Below, in pieces: positions 32,580 through 41,904 of a stretch of 64,000 nt of DNA. The stretch comes from Candidatus Poriferihabitaceae bacterium. Its GTDB lineage: Bacteria > Pseudomonadota > Gammaproteobacteria > Arenicellales > Poriferihabitantaceae. A model generated the notes under the pieces. The model saw nothing but the letters and a program-made list of their open reading frames with translations, was not told the DNA's origin and made no database searches. Position 1 is the stretch's first letter, and each line of letters starts with the position of its first letter. A program made the position numbers and the translations under genes. The stretch lies in the NCBI GenBank assembly GCA_965237995.1, contig CBDEGO010000003.1:192511-256510 (forward strand), read 5' to 3'.

Positions 32580-33008
32580 GTGGCTGTTATGACCTTAAAA
32601 AACACTGTTTCTTTATTATCAATCTGCACATTATTGATCAGCCCGTTTTATACGAGCCTTGCTGACACCGATGCCGAAATTGAAGCGCGCATTGAAAAAA
32701 TCGGCACCATCAACATGTCTGGTGCAGCTGAATCTACACAAGCAAGCGACAGCCAAGCTAATGCACCAGCTGATGGGGCTGCTTTATACCAAGCGAGTTG
32801 TTTCGCATGCCACGGCACGGGAGTAGCTAATGCACCCAAACTAGGTGATACCGCGGCTTGGGCTGATAGAATAGCGAAGGGAGAAGACGCTTTGATTAAC
32901 AATGCCATCAACGGCGTTGGTGGTATGCCTCCTAAAGGTGGCAACGCAAGCTTAAGCGATGATGAAATTCGAGCGATCGTTGTACATATGATAGCTGGTT
33001 CTCAATAA
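32580..33008 (+). CDS. Class I c-type cytochrome (cytochrome c5-like)
   Basis: The protein has a signal peptide, the heme-binding CFACHG motif and a distal Met region (GGMPPKG). The start could be the GTG at 32580 or the ATG at 32589. Confidence 0.8.
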   Translation: MAVMTLKNTVSLLSICTLLISPFYTSLADTDAEIEARIEKIGTINMSGAAESTQASDSQANAPADGAALYQASCFACHGTGVANAPKLGDTAAWADRIAKGEDALINNAINGVGGMPPKGGNASLSDDEIRAIVVHMIAGSQ

Positions 33009-33061
33009 GCCTATTTTGTAAGCACTCCACCTGCGTGCATACTGCTTAGTGGTCGAACTCC

Positions 33062-33685
33062 GTGCTTATATCTGACGATAAGCAGTTTATATTTATCCAT
33101 GTTGAAAAAACTGCTGGTACTAGCATTCATAAAGCCCTCGCGTCTTATTGCGTAGACCATCCCTCTTCGTTGCGTAACTCGGTGTTACGCACATGGGGCG
33201 CGCCTAAGCATTATCACCTTTATAAATTCCCCACCCATTGTTCCGCCGCTGAAGCACAGCGCCGAATTCCATCAGAACAGTTTAATCGTTATTTCAAATT
33301 TGCATTTGTACGTAACCCTTGGGACAGACTAGTCTCAGACTACAATGCTGCGATTAAAAAAGACCGCAGAACGAGGCATAAAAAAATCAAAGCCATGTCT
33401 GGCTTTGCTGAATACGTAGACTACGAAATACGGCGTAACAAATTACAGCAGCACCGCATGTTATACGATAAAGATGAACGATTATTAGTCGATAAGGTGG
33501 GACGTTTTGAAAATGTAACGAGTGACTACACTGACATATGCGCGCACCTAGACATTACCGCCCCACTCAAGCAATTTAACGCCTACGCGCATAAAGAGTA
33601 CCAAACTTACTATACAGACGAATTACGCGATAAGGTAGCAGCACACTGGGCCAAAGATATCGCGCTATTTAAATACACCTTTTAG
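33062..33685 (+). CDS. Sulfotransferase-family protein (family 2-like)
   Basis: FIFIHVEKTAGTSIHKAL matches the 5'-PSB loop pattern (hPKTGGTS) of Sulfotransfer_2. FVRNPWDRLVS matches the 3'-PB motif. The start codon is GTG. Confidence 0.65.
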   Translation: MLISDDKQFIFIHVEKTAGTSIHKALASYCVDHPSSLRNSVLRTWGAPKHYHLYKFPTHCSAAEAQRRIPSEQFNRYFKFAFVRNPWDRLVSDYNAAIKKDRRTRHKKIKAMSGFAEYVDYEIRRNKLQQHRMLYDKDERLLVDKVGRFENVTSDYTDICAHLDITAPLKQFNAYAHKEYQTYYTDELRDKVAAHWAKDIALFKYTF

Positions 33686-33700
33686 GCACTCGGCAATTTA

Positions 33701-36049
33701 TCAGCCGCCAAATAAGCCCTTAAGTAGTTTTTTCTTTAACTTCGCTTTTTCTTCGTCTAGCTTTTCGTCTAGCTTTTCTTTTAGCTTATCTTCAACACTG
33801 ACTTGTTCACCTGTTTCTTTATTAACAGGTAAGTCAATTCCGACTTCTTCCGCTAATTTAGTCGTTAACTCTTTTTTAAATTTTTTCTTTAGTAACGCAG
33901 CGGTATCTATTCTGATTTTCGGCGCTGCCAAATTACCCGTTATTGTAAGCGGTAGTTCTTCTCCTTTGAGCTCGTCAATGCTTTGCCCACCTTGCCCTTC
34001 CAAGCTATCAACAATGGCAACCACCATCTTCAAATCTAATATTTCGGTATTCAAATTAACATTACCTCTACCTTTAAGACGTAATGCAGGTGCTTGTAAG
34101 TCAATATTTTCTGAGACTAATACACCATTTTTTACTTTCACTAGCGCTTTGAAGTTGGAAAACTCAGTCTTGTCACCTACTTTTGAATCTGACACTAAGT
34201 TTTTACCCTTCAAGCTTTTATAAACCTTAGCCACATTGATCAACGAATTTTGAATATTCGCGCCGCTGATCGCACCGTCATCGAGATTAACGCGAACTTC
34301 ACCGTTCATATTCGAGATAAACTCACTAGCCGTTAGACCGAAACTGGTCACTTCTGCCTTCACATTCCCCAGCCCTTCGAACCGGTCAGTAACCTGCATG
34401 GCTTGTAGAAATGGCGCCAAGTTAATATTGGCTAAACTGGTTTTGAAGTTCATTTTGGGCGTTTCACCGGAGATATCATAAGTAATATCATTGACACTCT
34501 CGCCGCCATATAGATTAGCGCGCAAGGGAGAAATGTTGATTTTATCTTGAGTGGTATCCGCATCAACTACCAAGTCATTAGACACTAAACCCTGATAATC
34601 GAGCGTACCGATTTTCAGTACCCCTTTTGCATTTAAGCCTTTTAGCGCTGCAAACGGCAATGCAACCACACCCGCTGGCCCAGCATCTTCAGCACTCTGC
34701 TGCCCGTCCTCGGTTAAATACTGGTCCACCGTTAACGTATCAACGTCCAGGTCGTAGCGATAGGCCGGTTGGCTAAAAGAATCTAAGTTGAACCACCCTG
34801 AAATAGTCGATTGATCGACAACTGCATTGATATTCGGTAGTTTGATCGCATCCATTGTGAACTGATAATCCGTATCAAGATTAATATTTTGCAACGCCGT
34901 GTTGGGTAGACCATCAATATCTACTCCCAAATTCGCCAGCATTTCTCTAGGTTTTAATGTATTTGTTTTAATGTTGCCACTCGCTGATAAATCAGAAAAC
35001 AATTGCTCAACTTGCGCTGACATCTCAATCGACCCTTCTCCTTGCTGAATTGAAACCGAGGGAGCACTTAGCGTTTCGTTTGGAACCGACAAACTGAGCG
35101 CAGGAATACCTGCGAGTAATTTCGTTCCTAATAGCTCCGCTGAATAGTTTTGACTGACTATTTCAGCCAAACCAGACTCTAAGTGATAGTTAATACGTTC
35201 AATTTCTCCTGTGATTGGAATGAGGTCATATTGACCTGAAAATAGCACCGCTTGTGCGTTTAAGCTTGCTTGATTAGAGTCAAATTTTATATGACCTAAA
35301 TCGACATTCGCATCAATATTATCCATTGTTATCGCCACTTTGCTTCCAATCAATTCAACTGAATTTAAGTCGGTACTTACATTCAATGAACCCCCTATAT
35401 TTAGGTTGGTCGATTCGGGCAATACATTGCCATCCAATTTTGCCGACAGGTCAAAGTCAACGGGCTGACCTGGTTTAATTTCTCCAGTAGTGAGATTGAA
35501 ATCCGTTACTTTGATACTTTGCTGCGCCGTCGCATCATCCCAACTAACTGATCCGTTATTAATATTCACGCCTTTTACAATTAAGCCGCCCAGCAAAGTC
35601 CCAGCCTGAGCACCTGCATCGTCTGCAGATGATGTATCCGCTGCACCTTCTTTTATCAAATCACTCCAATTTGCAACCCCCTGCTCGTTAATCGATAGGT
35701 TAAGCACTGGTTGTTCGAGGTCAATTTTTCCGATTTCAATTTTCTTTTCTAGTAATGGCATTACCGCCACTTGTACTTTGGCCGACTGCGCAGAAACCAT
35801 TAGTTCAGGAGAAAACCCCGCTTGGTTTTGTAAACTTAGCTGCCCAATGTCTAAGCCCAGCGAAGGATAGAAACTCCATGCAATATCGCCCGCTATGGAT
35901 AGTGACCGCCCTGTGTGTTGTTTCACCTGTTCAGCAATTTTGTCCTTGTAGTCATTAGGGTCAACTTTAGTGACAATAAATGCCCCCGCTGCTATCACCA
36001 ATAGAACTGCGAAAATAATTAGATAAACTATCCACTTAATTAACTTCAT
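33701..36049 (-). CDS. asmA: AsmA-family outer-membrane biogenesis protein
   Basis: The 782-aa protein has an N-terminal TM anchor (MKLIKWIVYLIIFAVLLVIAAGAF), a long beta-rich body and a Lys-rich tail. Confidence 0.75.
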   Translation of the reverse strand: MKLIKWIVYLIIFAVLLVIAAGAFIVTKVDPNDYKDKIAEQVKQHTGRSLSIAGDIAWSFYPSLGLDIGQLSLQNQAGFSPELMVSAQSAKVQVAVMPLLEKKIEIGKIDLEQPVLNLSINEQGVANWSDLIKEGAADTSSADDAGAQAGTLLGGLIVKGVNINNGSVSWDDATAQQSIKVTDFNLTTGEIKPGQPVDFDLSAKLDGNVLPESTNLNIGGSLNVSTDLNSVELIGSKVAITMDNIDANVDLGHIKFDSNQASLNAQAVLFSGQYDLIPITGEIERINYHLESGLAEIVSQNYSAELLGTKLLAGIPALSLSVPNETLSAPSVSIQQGEGSIEMSAQVEQLFSDLSASGNIKTNTLKPREMLANLGVDIDGLPNTALQNINLDTDYQFTMDAIKLPNINAVVDQSTISGWFNLDSFSQPAYRYDLDVDTLTVDQYLTEDGQQSAEDAGPAGVVALPFAALKGLNAKGVLKIGTLDYQGLVSNDLVVDADTTQDKINISPLRANLYGGESVNDITYDISGETPKMNFKTSLANINLAPFLQAMQVTDRFEGLGNVKAEVTSFGLTASEFISNMNGEVRVNLDDGAISGANIQNSLINVAKVYKSLKGKNLVSDSKVGDKTEFSNFKALVKVKNGVLVSENIDLQAPALRLKGRGNVNLNTEILDLKMVVAIVDSLEGQGGQSIDELKGEELPLTITGNLAAPKIRIDTAALLKKKFKKELTTKLAEEVGIDLPVNKETGEQVSVEDKLKEKLDEKLDEEKAKLKKKLLKGLFGG

Positions 36050-36062
36050 TTTTTGCTAAACC

Positions 36063-37031
36063 TTATATAGTTGTTGTTAAAATTTGATCTAAAGCATGTT
36101 TAATTGCGCTACAATCCCTATGCTCACCTCGCGTGTCTTCTGCCATTGTGCGGCGCCACTGTTTTGCGCCGGCTTCACCCTTGAATAAACCCATTAAGTG
36201 CTTGCTCATATGTCTAAGCCAGACACCTTGCGCAAGTTGTTCATCAATATATTCACAATAAGTCTCGACTATGTCACGCCGCGACTTAAACGCTGCTGAA
36301 TGTTTGAACACATCAGCACACAATTGGTTCAACATCCAAGGATCGTCAAAGGCGACTCTTCCTAACATGACGCCAGCCGTTTTAGTTAAGTGGCTATGTA
36401 CGGCAGCCGACGTTGTTATACCGCCGTTCATTACGAAACGTAGTTGCGGGTGATTTTTTACCAGCCGATAAACGCGGCCATAATTAAGCGGCGGAACATC
36501 ACGGTTTTCCTTAGGACTTAACCCTTTTAACCACGCCTTACGCGCGTGTACCGTAAACTCGGTGCAGCCCGCGGCGCTTACAAGCTCTATAAAATGATTA
36601 AGTGCCTCGTCTTCGTCTTGGTCATCAACGCCTATACGATGTTTAACAGTAACTGGCACGTTAACTGCAGCGCACATCTGGGCAACGCATTCAGCAACCA
36701 ATGTAGGCTCGCGCATCAAGCAAGCTCCAAAGCGGCCCGCTTGCACTTTGTCGCTAGGGCAACCCACATTCAGGTTTATTTCGTCATAGCCCCAGTCTTC
36801 GGCTATCTTTGCTGCTTCACTGAGCTCACGCGGGTTACTGCCCCCAAACTGGATTACCACTGGGTGTTCTTTGGGGTTAAACTTCAAAAAGCGTTCACGA
36901 TCACCGTATAAGATCGCACCAACATGGATCATCTCCGTATATAACTTCAACTGCGGCGAAAAGAGCCGATAAAACGCGCGACAATGGCGGTCGGTTATAT
37001 CTAACATCGGCGCTATTGAAAGCAAGGACAT
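36063..37031 (-). CDS. dusA: tRNA-dihydrouridine(20/20a) synthase
   Basis: The protein begins SIAPMLDITDRHCRAFYR and contains INLNVGCPSDKV, matching the DusA pattern. Confidence 0.9.
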   Translation of the reverse strand: MSLLSIAPMLDITDRHCRAFYRLFSPQLKLYTEMIHVGAILYGDRERFLKFNPKEHPVVIQFGGSNPRELSEAAKIAEDWGYDEINLNVGCPSDKVQAGRFGACLMREPTLVAECVAQMCAAVNVPVTVKHRIGVDDQDEDEALNHFIELVSAAGCTEFTVHARKAWLKGLSPKENRDVPPLNYGRVYRLVKNHPQLRFVMNGGITTSAAVHSHLTKTAGVMLGRVAFDDPWMLNQLCADVFKHSAAFKSRRDIVETYCEYIDEQLAQGVWLRHMSKHLMGLFKGEAGAKQWRRTMAEDTRGEHRDCSAIKHALDQILTTTI

Positions 37032-37088
37032 CGCTGTAAAATTCCGTTATATTAAAACTTTAATTTGTAAGCTAGACGCACCAGAAGG

Positions 37089-38648
37089 ATGTCTATTCTC
37101 AATAAAAATTTAGAAAAAGTAATCGACTTAGGCTTAGACAGCCTATTCAATCAGATTAACAGAGGGTTAGAAAAGGAAAGTTTACGCGTTGACACCAACG
37201 GCGCACTGGCCCAGACCTCTCACCCCACAGCACTTGGATCAGCCTTAACTCATCCAAGCATCACGACTGACTTTTCTGAGGCGCAATTAGAGTTCGTGAC
37301 GCCTGTTAGCCAAGACATCGATAGTCTAACTAACTTTCTGACTGAAGCCCATCACTTCACCTATCAAAATATTGGCGACGAAAAGTTATGGGCCAGCTCT
37401 ATGCCCTGCATTATTAAAGAAGGCACGCCCATTCCTATAGCGCGCTTTGGTAGCTCTAACATTGCCCAGATGAAAGAGACTTACCGCCTAGGCTTAGGTC
37501 ACCGCTATGGCCAGCTAATGCAAACAATTAGCGGCATACATTACAACTTCTCGCTACCCAAAGAATTTTGGCCTTATTACTTGGGCATTGATAACGGCCT
37601 ATCATTACAAGACGCCATTTCGGCTGAATATCTAAAACTGATTAGAAACTTCCATCGCAGCAGTTGGATCATTCTCTATCTGTTTGGTGCCTCACCAGCC
37701 GTTTGTAAAACCTTCTTAAAAGGTCGCGATCATTCACTAGAAGAGTACGCCGGAAGCAGTTTTTACGCGCCCTATGGCACTTCATTAAGAATGAGCAACT
37801 TAGGCTATAGTAACGATGCGCAAAGCAGTATCAAAGCCTGCTATAACCAACTTAGTACCTTTACTGAATCATTAGTAGAAGCCATGCATCGCCCGCATGC
37901 AGAATACGAAAAAATTGGCGTAAAGGTCGATGGTAAATATCGTCAGTTAAATGCTAATTTATTACAAATAGAGAACGAGTTTTACGCCACCATACGGCCT
38001 AAGCGCGTGGCTACCAGCGGTGAAAAACCTAGCGAAGCTTTGTCTTCTAGAGGCGTTGAGTATGTCGAGGTACGCAGTGTTGACTTGAACCCCTATGTGC
38101 CAATTGGTATCGACCAAGAAACCATTATTTTCTTGGATATGTACTTACTATACTGCTTATTTAGCGATAGTCCGTTAATGAGCGATGAAGACTTAGCAGA
38201 AAACCATAAAAACAAAGTCGACACCGTTATGTTGGGTCGTCAACCTGATCTTAAGCTAAGCCGTAACGGTAAACCTGCCGCGCTAAAACAGTGGTCGCAA
38301 GAAATAATAGAATCGATGCGACCGATCGCTAAAATTCTAGATTCCATTCACTTCACTCGTCGCTACGGCCAAGTGTTAGATAATCAACTTGAGTGTATCG
38401 AAGACCCAAGCAAAACACTTTCTGGGCGTATTCTGCAAGATATGCAATCAAAGTACTCCAGCTTTTACGAGTTTGCCATCGACAAATCAGAAGAACACGA
38501 AACCTTCTTTAAACACTTACGGCTCAACGAATCTGCACGCACTAACTTTACTCAATTAGCTACTTCTTCATTAGCAGACCAAGCCAAAATAGAAGCTAAA
38601 GACACCGTTAACTTCGGCGAATTCTTAGCCGACTATTTTAAAGTTTAG
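37089..38648 (+). CDS. gshA: Glutamate-cysteine ligase
   Basis: The 519-aa protein shows the GshA type 1 pattern (RGLEKESLRV, ITTDFSEAQLEFVTP, GVEYVEVRSVDLNP). Confidence 0.92.
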   Translation: MSILNKNLEKVIDLGLDSLFNQINRGLEKESLRVDTNGALAQTSHPTALGSALTHPSITTDFSEAQLEFVTPVSQDIDSLTNFLTEAHHFTYQNIGDEKLWASSMPCIIKEGTPIPIARFGSSNIAQMKETYRLGLGHRYGQLMQTISGIHYNFSLPKEFWPYYLGIDNGLSLQDAISAEYLKLIRNFHRSSWIILYLFGASPAVCKTFLKGRDHSLEEYAGSSFYAPYGTSLRMSNLGYSNDAQSSIKACYNQLSTFTESLVEAMHRPHAEYEKIGVKVDGKYRQLNANLLQIENEFYATIRPKRVATSGEKPSEALSSRGVEYVEVRSVDLNPYVPIGIDQETIIFLDMYLLYCLFSDSPLMSDEDLAENHKNKVDTVMLGRQPDLKLSRNGKPAALKQWSQEIIESMRPIAKILDSIHFTRRYGQVLDNQLECIEDPSKTLSGRILQDMQSKYSSFYEFAIDKSEEHETFFKHLRLNESARTNFTQLATSSLADQAKIEAKDTVNFGEFLADYFKV

Positions 38649-38687
38649 CCAAATCAAGTTAAGCTATACTCGCACCGCTTCACCCAA

Positions 38688-38764
38688 GTCCCCGTAGCTC
38701 AGCTGGATAGAGCAGCCGCCTCCTAAGCGGCAGGTCGGACGTTCGAATCGTCTCGGGGACGCCA
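38688..38764 (+). tRNA. tRNA-Arg (anticodon CCU), argW-type
   Basis: The sequence folds by hand into a cloverleaf. The acceptor stem is GTCCCCG/CGGGGAC, the anticodon stem is GCCGC/GCGGC with loop CTCCTAA, the T arm is GGACG-TTCGAAT-CGTCT, and a CCA end is encoded. Confidence 0.93.
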
Positions 38765-38865
38765 TATTTATTTATATATTTCATATATTTACATTACATT
38801 TGATCTTTACCCCATTTAGATATATCATCTCTTGCGTCAATTGTGCGTCAGTGAAAATAAACTAA

Positions 38866-39846
38866 ATGGCATATATATCAAAGCACGGAACCTCTGGGTG
38901 GCAAGTTCGTATTAGAAAGAAAGGTCAGCCAAGTCAGTGTAAAACTTTTAAAACCAAAGCTGCTGCACAGCGCTGGGCACGAGATATTGAATCTCAAATG
39001 GACAATGCTACATTTGTTTCAGCGAGCGAAGCGGAAAGCACTACTCTTGAAGAGCTGGTTGATAGATATATTAGAGAGGTCCTCCCGCTAAAGAAATCAC
39101 AGCGCCAAGTAATCTCTCAATGTAAGTTGATTACCCACCAACTAGGTCACTTACACCTAACAGCTCTTACACCATCAGTTCTTGCAAAATTTAGAGATCA
39201 ACGTCTTAAAACTGTCAAAGGTCATACTGCTCGTAAAGACTTACTCCTTATCCGTAGAATACTTGTACAAGCGCAAAAAGAATGGGAAATTTATTTGCCG
39301 CGTGGTAATCCTGTTGATTCTGTCTCTATTCCTACGCAACCCAAAGGCAGAGATCGGAGGTTTGTGGGTGATGAAGAAGGACGACTTCTTAAAGCTACTC
39401 GCTCTTATGGTGGTGAGATTTCCAATATCATTATCTTTGCTATTGAAACAGGTATGCGCAGAGGCGAAATTGTTAGTCTAAAGTGGAGTAATATTGATCT
39501 TTCAAAACGAACAGCAACACTCTTTGATACCAAAAATTCTGAGGGTCGTACGATTCCACTAACAAAGCGTGCTTACGATTTACTTAGAAGTCTACCAGTT
39601 AATATTTCTGACAAAGTATTCAGCATGAGACCTGATTCTATTACTCAGGCTTTTGAGCGTATTCGCAAGAAAGCCCATATTGAAAACTTTCATTTTCATG
39701 ATCTGTGCCATGAAGCAACAAGTAGATTCTTCGAAAAAGGGCTCTCTATTATGGAAGTCTCATCTATTACAGGACATAAAGACTTAGCGATGCTAAGGCG
39801 CTATACGCATCTGAGGGCTGAGGATTTGGTCAAAAAAATTGACTGA
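38866..39846 (+). CDS. Tyrosine-recombinase family integrase, probably inactive (catalytic Arg II is Cys)
   Basis: The gene starts 101 bp downstream of the tRNA. Box I is ETGMRRGE and the C-terminal tyrosine context is LRRYTH. Box II reads HDLCHEA instead of HxLRH. Confidence 0.85.
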   Translation: MAYISKHGTSGWQVRIRKKGQPSQCKTFKTKAAAQRWARDIESQMDNATFVSASEAESTTLEELVDRYIREVLPLKKSQRQVISQCKLITHQLGHLHLTALTPSVLAKFRDQRLKTVKGHTARKDLLLIRRILVQAQKEWEIYLPRGNPVDSVSIPTQPKGRDRRFVGDEEGRLLKATRSYGGEISNIIIFAIETGMRRGEIVSLKWSNIDLSKRTATLFDTKNSEGRTIPLTKRAYDLLRSLPVNISDKVFSMRPDSITQAFERIRKKAHIENFHFHDLCHEATSRFFEKGLSIMEVSSITGHKDLAMLRRYTHLRAEDLVKKID

Positions 39847-39912
39847 CTACCTGGTTGAAGAAAGCCAAGACAGTTTAAAATCGATCACTGAACGAGGCAT
39901 TCAAACCAAGGC

Positions 39913-40215
39913 TTATTCGGTTTTTTTTTGTATACAATCAAGCTCTATTTCAATTTGTTCCTTAGATAAAGTATTACCGCCTGAATAATCTTTTGAGGCG
40001 TTTACCATAACAGTCTCACTATCTAATTCTTCTGCACTGCCAACCTCTTGTTTACACTTTTCGTCGGGCTTCAAAATTTTCACAATTCCTCGAAGCTCGT
40101 CAATTTCCTTTGATACCGCCAGATCTTTACTGTTTATCATTTCTCCTAATCCACCACCAAAAGAAGTTTGCGCTAGCAACAGAGATGGAATAAGTATTAA
40201 TATTCTAGTGTACAT
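39913..40215 (-). CDS. Small exported hypothetical protein (100 aa)
   Basis: It has a signal peptide (MYTRILILIPSLLLAQTSFG) and is very AT-rich. It overlaps the upstream ORF by 19 bp. Confidence 0.5.
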   Translation of the reverse strand: MYTRILILIPSLLLAQTSFGGGLGEMINSKDLAVSKEIDELRGIVKILKPDEKCKQEVGSAEELDSETVMVNASKDYSGGNTLSKEQIEIELDCIQKKTE

Positions 40216-40787
40216 TTTTTATCTTTCTCAAATTCGTAAAAGTTTGAATGCTCCCAAAATACCTCTCTTTTTTGGGAAGATAAGTTCGTTGTAACCTTTA
40301 CTACTTCCACGGTACAAAGTATCACATATCCATAATAGCTGGTTGCAACTTCCTTTGGTGAGACCTTAAATGGCTCTATATTATACATTGCGTTTTCACC
40401 ATCATAATTTAACAGAAGTGGCAGTGGAATGTCAGTTATTGGCTTATCAACCATATCAGGGTCTCGCAAAATCTTATCAACCTGATCACTCAAAGGAAGC
40501 ACTTTTTGTACATATATGATGCCTTCGTCAATGATATCCTCAGCATTGCCCACATTTTCTACTTGAACTCCAATAGAAACATACCTTTGACTACTGTTTA
40601 AAACATAGCTGTCAATTGTATGTTTTGTGTTCAACCTCGAAGTGTATTCAGATGTATAGATAAACCAAAATGCTGCACCCATTATGCCTAGAAGTGTGAA
40701 CAGATCTTTATACCAAGTAATTCCTCTAGAAAACATATGACGAATCAAGTGCACTTTCATATATAAATTATGCAAGATTCGAGACAC
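40197..40787 (-). CDS. Single-pass membrane hypothetical protein (196 aa)
   Basis: One N-terminal TM segment (LFTLLGIMGAAFWFIY) precedes a beta-rich domain of about 150 aa. I recognise no family. Confidence 0.5.
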   Translation of the reverse strand: MSRILHNLYMKVHLIRHMFSRGITWYKDLFTLLGIMGAAFWFIYTSEYTSRLNTKHTIDSYVLNSSQRYVSIGVQVENVGNAEDIIDEGIIYVQKVLPLSDQVDKILRDPDMVDKPITDIPLPLLLNYDGENAMYNIEPFKVSPKEVATSYYGYVILCTVEVVKVTTNLSSQKREVFWEHSNFYEFEKDKKCTLEY

Positions 40788-40806
40788 ACATACTATTTAC
40801 AAAGGC

Positions 40807-41487
40807 TTAAGGCTTTACTGAGTTAAAGGGTAATCCCGCTACAAACCATGCTACTCCAAATGCAATAAGCGCCACAAATTCCGCAACATAAACTGTTTTC
40901 GGGTGGTGAATACCAAAGTTCAGTTTAAAAGCAACAATACCTAAGATTGCTAACAAAATTAGAATGCCACAAATAATGTATATATATTGCCTCATAAATG
41001 CCCAAGTATCATTTTTATTAAATTCATATTTCTCCTTAGCTCTCAGTCTGAACGGGTAAAAGCAAAAGTAAGCTAAAATTAAAAACATAGTACCCGCTGC
41101 CAAGACATGCACTAAAGCGTTTTCTGTGACAAGGTGTTTATACTCGCAGTAATCTATACCAACTAGGGGATCACATTCAGTTGGGGCGATAGCCACGAGA
41201 AATGCTGCGAAAGAAGCGATTATGCTTGCTATACCTTCATAGAAGTAATGGCCACGATAGGCCATTAAGAAAGCACCCACAACAAAGAGTAAACCAACAA
41301 AAGCATCTCTCGCATTTGAGTAGTATGAAACACTTATTGAAGTTAAATTATCTTCTCCAGAAAAGTACGTCACTAGAACAGGTAAAAGAATTACAATTAT
41401 TCCAACCAGTAACCTAATCGTCCGATATTGAAATACCAGTTGATTTTCATTTTTTTGTAGCCAAGTGGCCTTCAAACTATCTAGCAT
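40807..41487 (-). CDS. Multi-pass inner-membrane hypothetical protein (226 aa, 5-6 predicted TM)
   Basis: Hydrophobic segments recur about every 30-40 aa. The topology is loosely DUF998-like, which I could not verify. Confidence 0.55.
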   Translation of the reverse strand: MLDSLKATWLQKNENQLVFQYRTIRLLVGIIVILLPVLVTYFSGEDNLTSISVSYYSNARDAFVGLLFVVGAFLMAYRGHYFYEGIASIIASFAAFLVAIAPTECDPLVGIDYCEYKHLVTENALVHVLAAGTMFLILAYFCFYPFRLRAKEKYEFNKNDTWAFMRQYIYIICGILILLAILGIVAFKLNFGIHHPKTVYVAEFVALIAFGVAWFVAGLPFNSVKP

Positions 41488-41552
41488 AATTTTTTCCTCA
41501 AATGTGCCTCTAAATCAAAGAATTGGTGCAGCTTGTAAAAACCTTTGCCTCG

Positions 41553-41732
41553 CTACAGAGTGTTATGTGGCTTCCTGATAACGATACATCCACTGCGTAT
41601 CAAACTACCGAAAGGTTGGCTATTCACGCTCGAAAAATTAGCGCTAGGACCATCATTCAAATACCTCGTCACCACGATTTTCGAATTGCCATTGACATTA
41701 AACAATGCAGATGGACTGGAACCAATGCTCAT
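41553..41732 (-). CDS. Possible unannotated 59-aa ORF
   Basis: By hand translation the ATG at 41732 gives MSIGSSPSALFNVNGNSKIVVTRYLNDGPSANFSSVNSQPFGSLIRSGCIVIRKPHNTL*. A GAGGGG sequence lies 7 nt upstream but sits in the 3' arm of the hairpin at 41735..41765. The ORF is below the 60-aa cut-off of the track. Confidence 0.25.
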   Translation of the reverse strand: MSIGSSPSALFNVNGNSKIVVTRYLNDGPSANFSSVNSQPFGSLIRSGCIVIRKPHNTL

Positions 41733-41734
41733 GT

Positions 41735-41765
41735 AAGTACCCCTCAGCCGAGCCGAGGGGTACTT
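41735..41765 (-). terminator. Strong hairpin downstream of the 764-aa gene
   Basis: AAGTACCCCTC-AGCCGAGCC-GAGGGGTACTT forms an 11-bp perfect stem. There is no clear U-tract on the minus strand. Confidence 0.4.
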
Positions 41766-41904
41766 ACCGTCATTTCAGAAACGTCCCTATCCATATTTCA
41801 CCAAACACTTGCAATTGTTACCACGGTATGCATTTAAATCTATTTGTTGCCTATTTTGGTTGGGCAAGATAGATTAGCTAAGCGTGCAACAAACTGCTAT
41901 CTAA

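Noticed and set aside
41523-41837. Two overlapping plus-strand ORFs (104 and 63 aa) in the gap between the 764-aa gene and the membrane genes.
   Set aside because: They have no RBS, run opposite to the whole cassette and have no recognisable features. They are probably chance ORFs.
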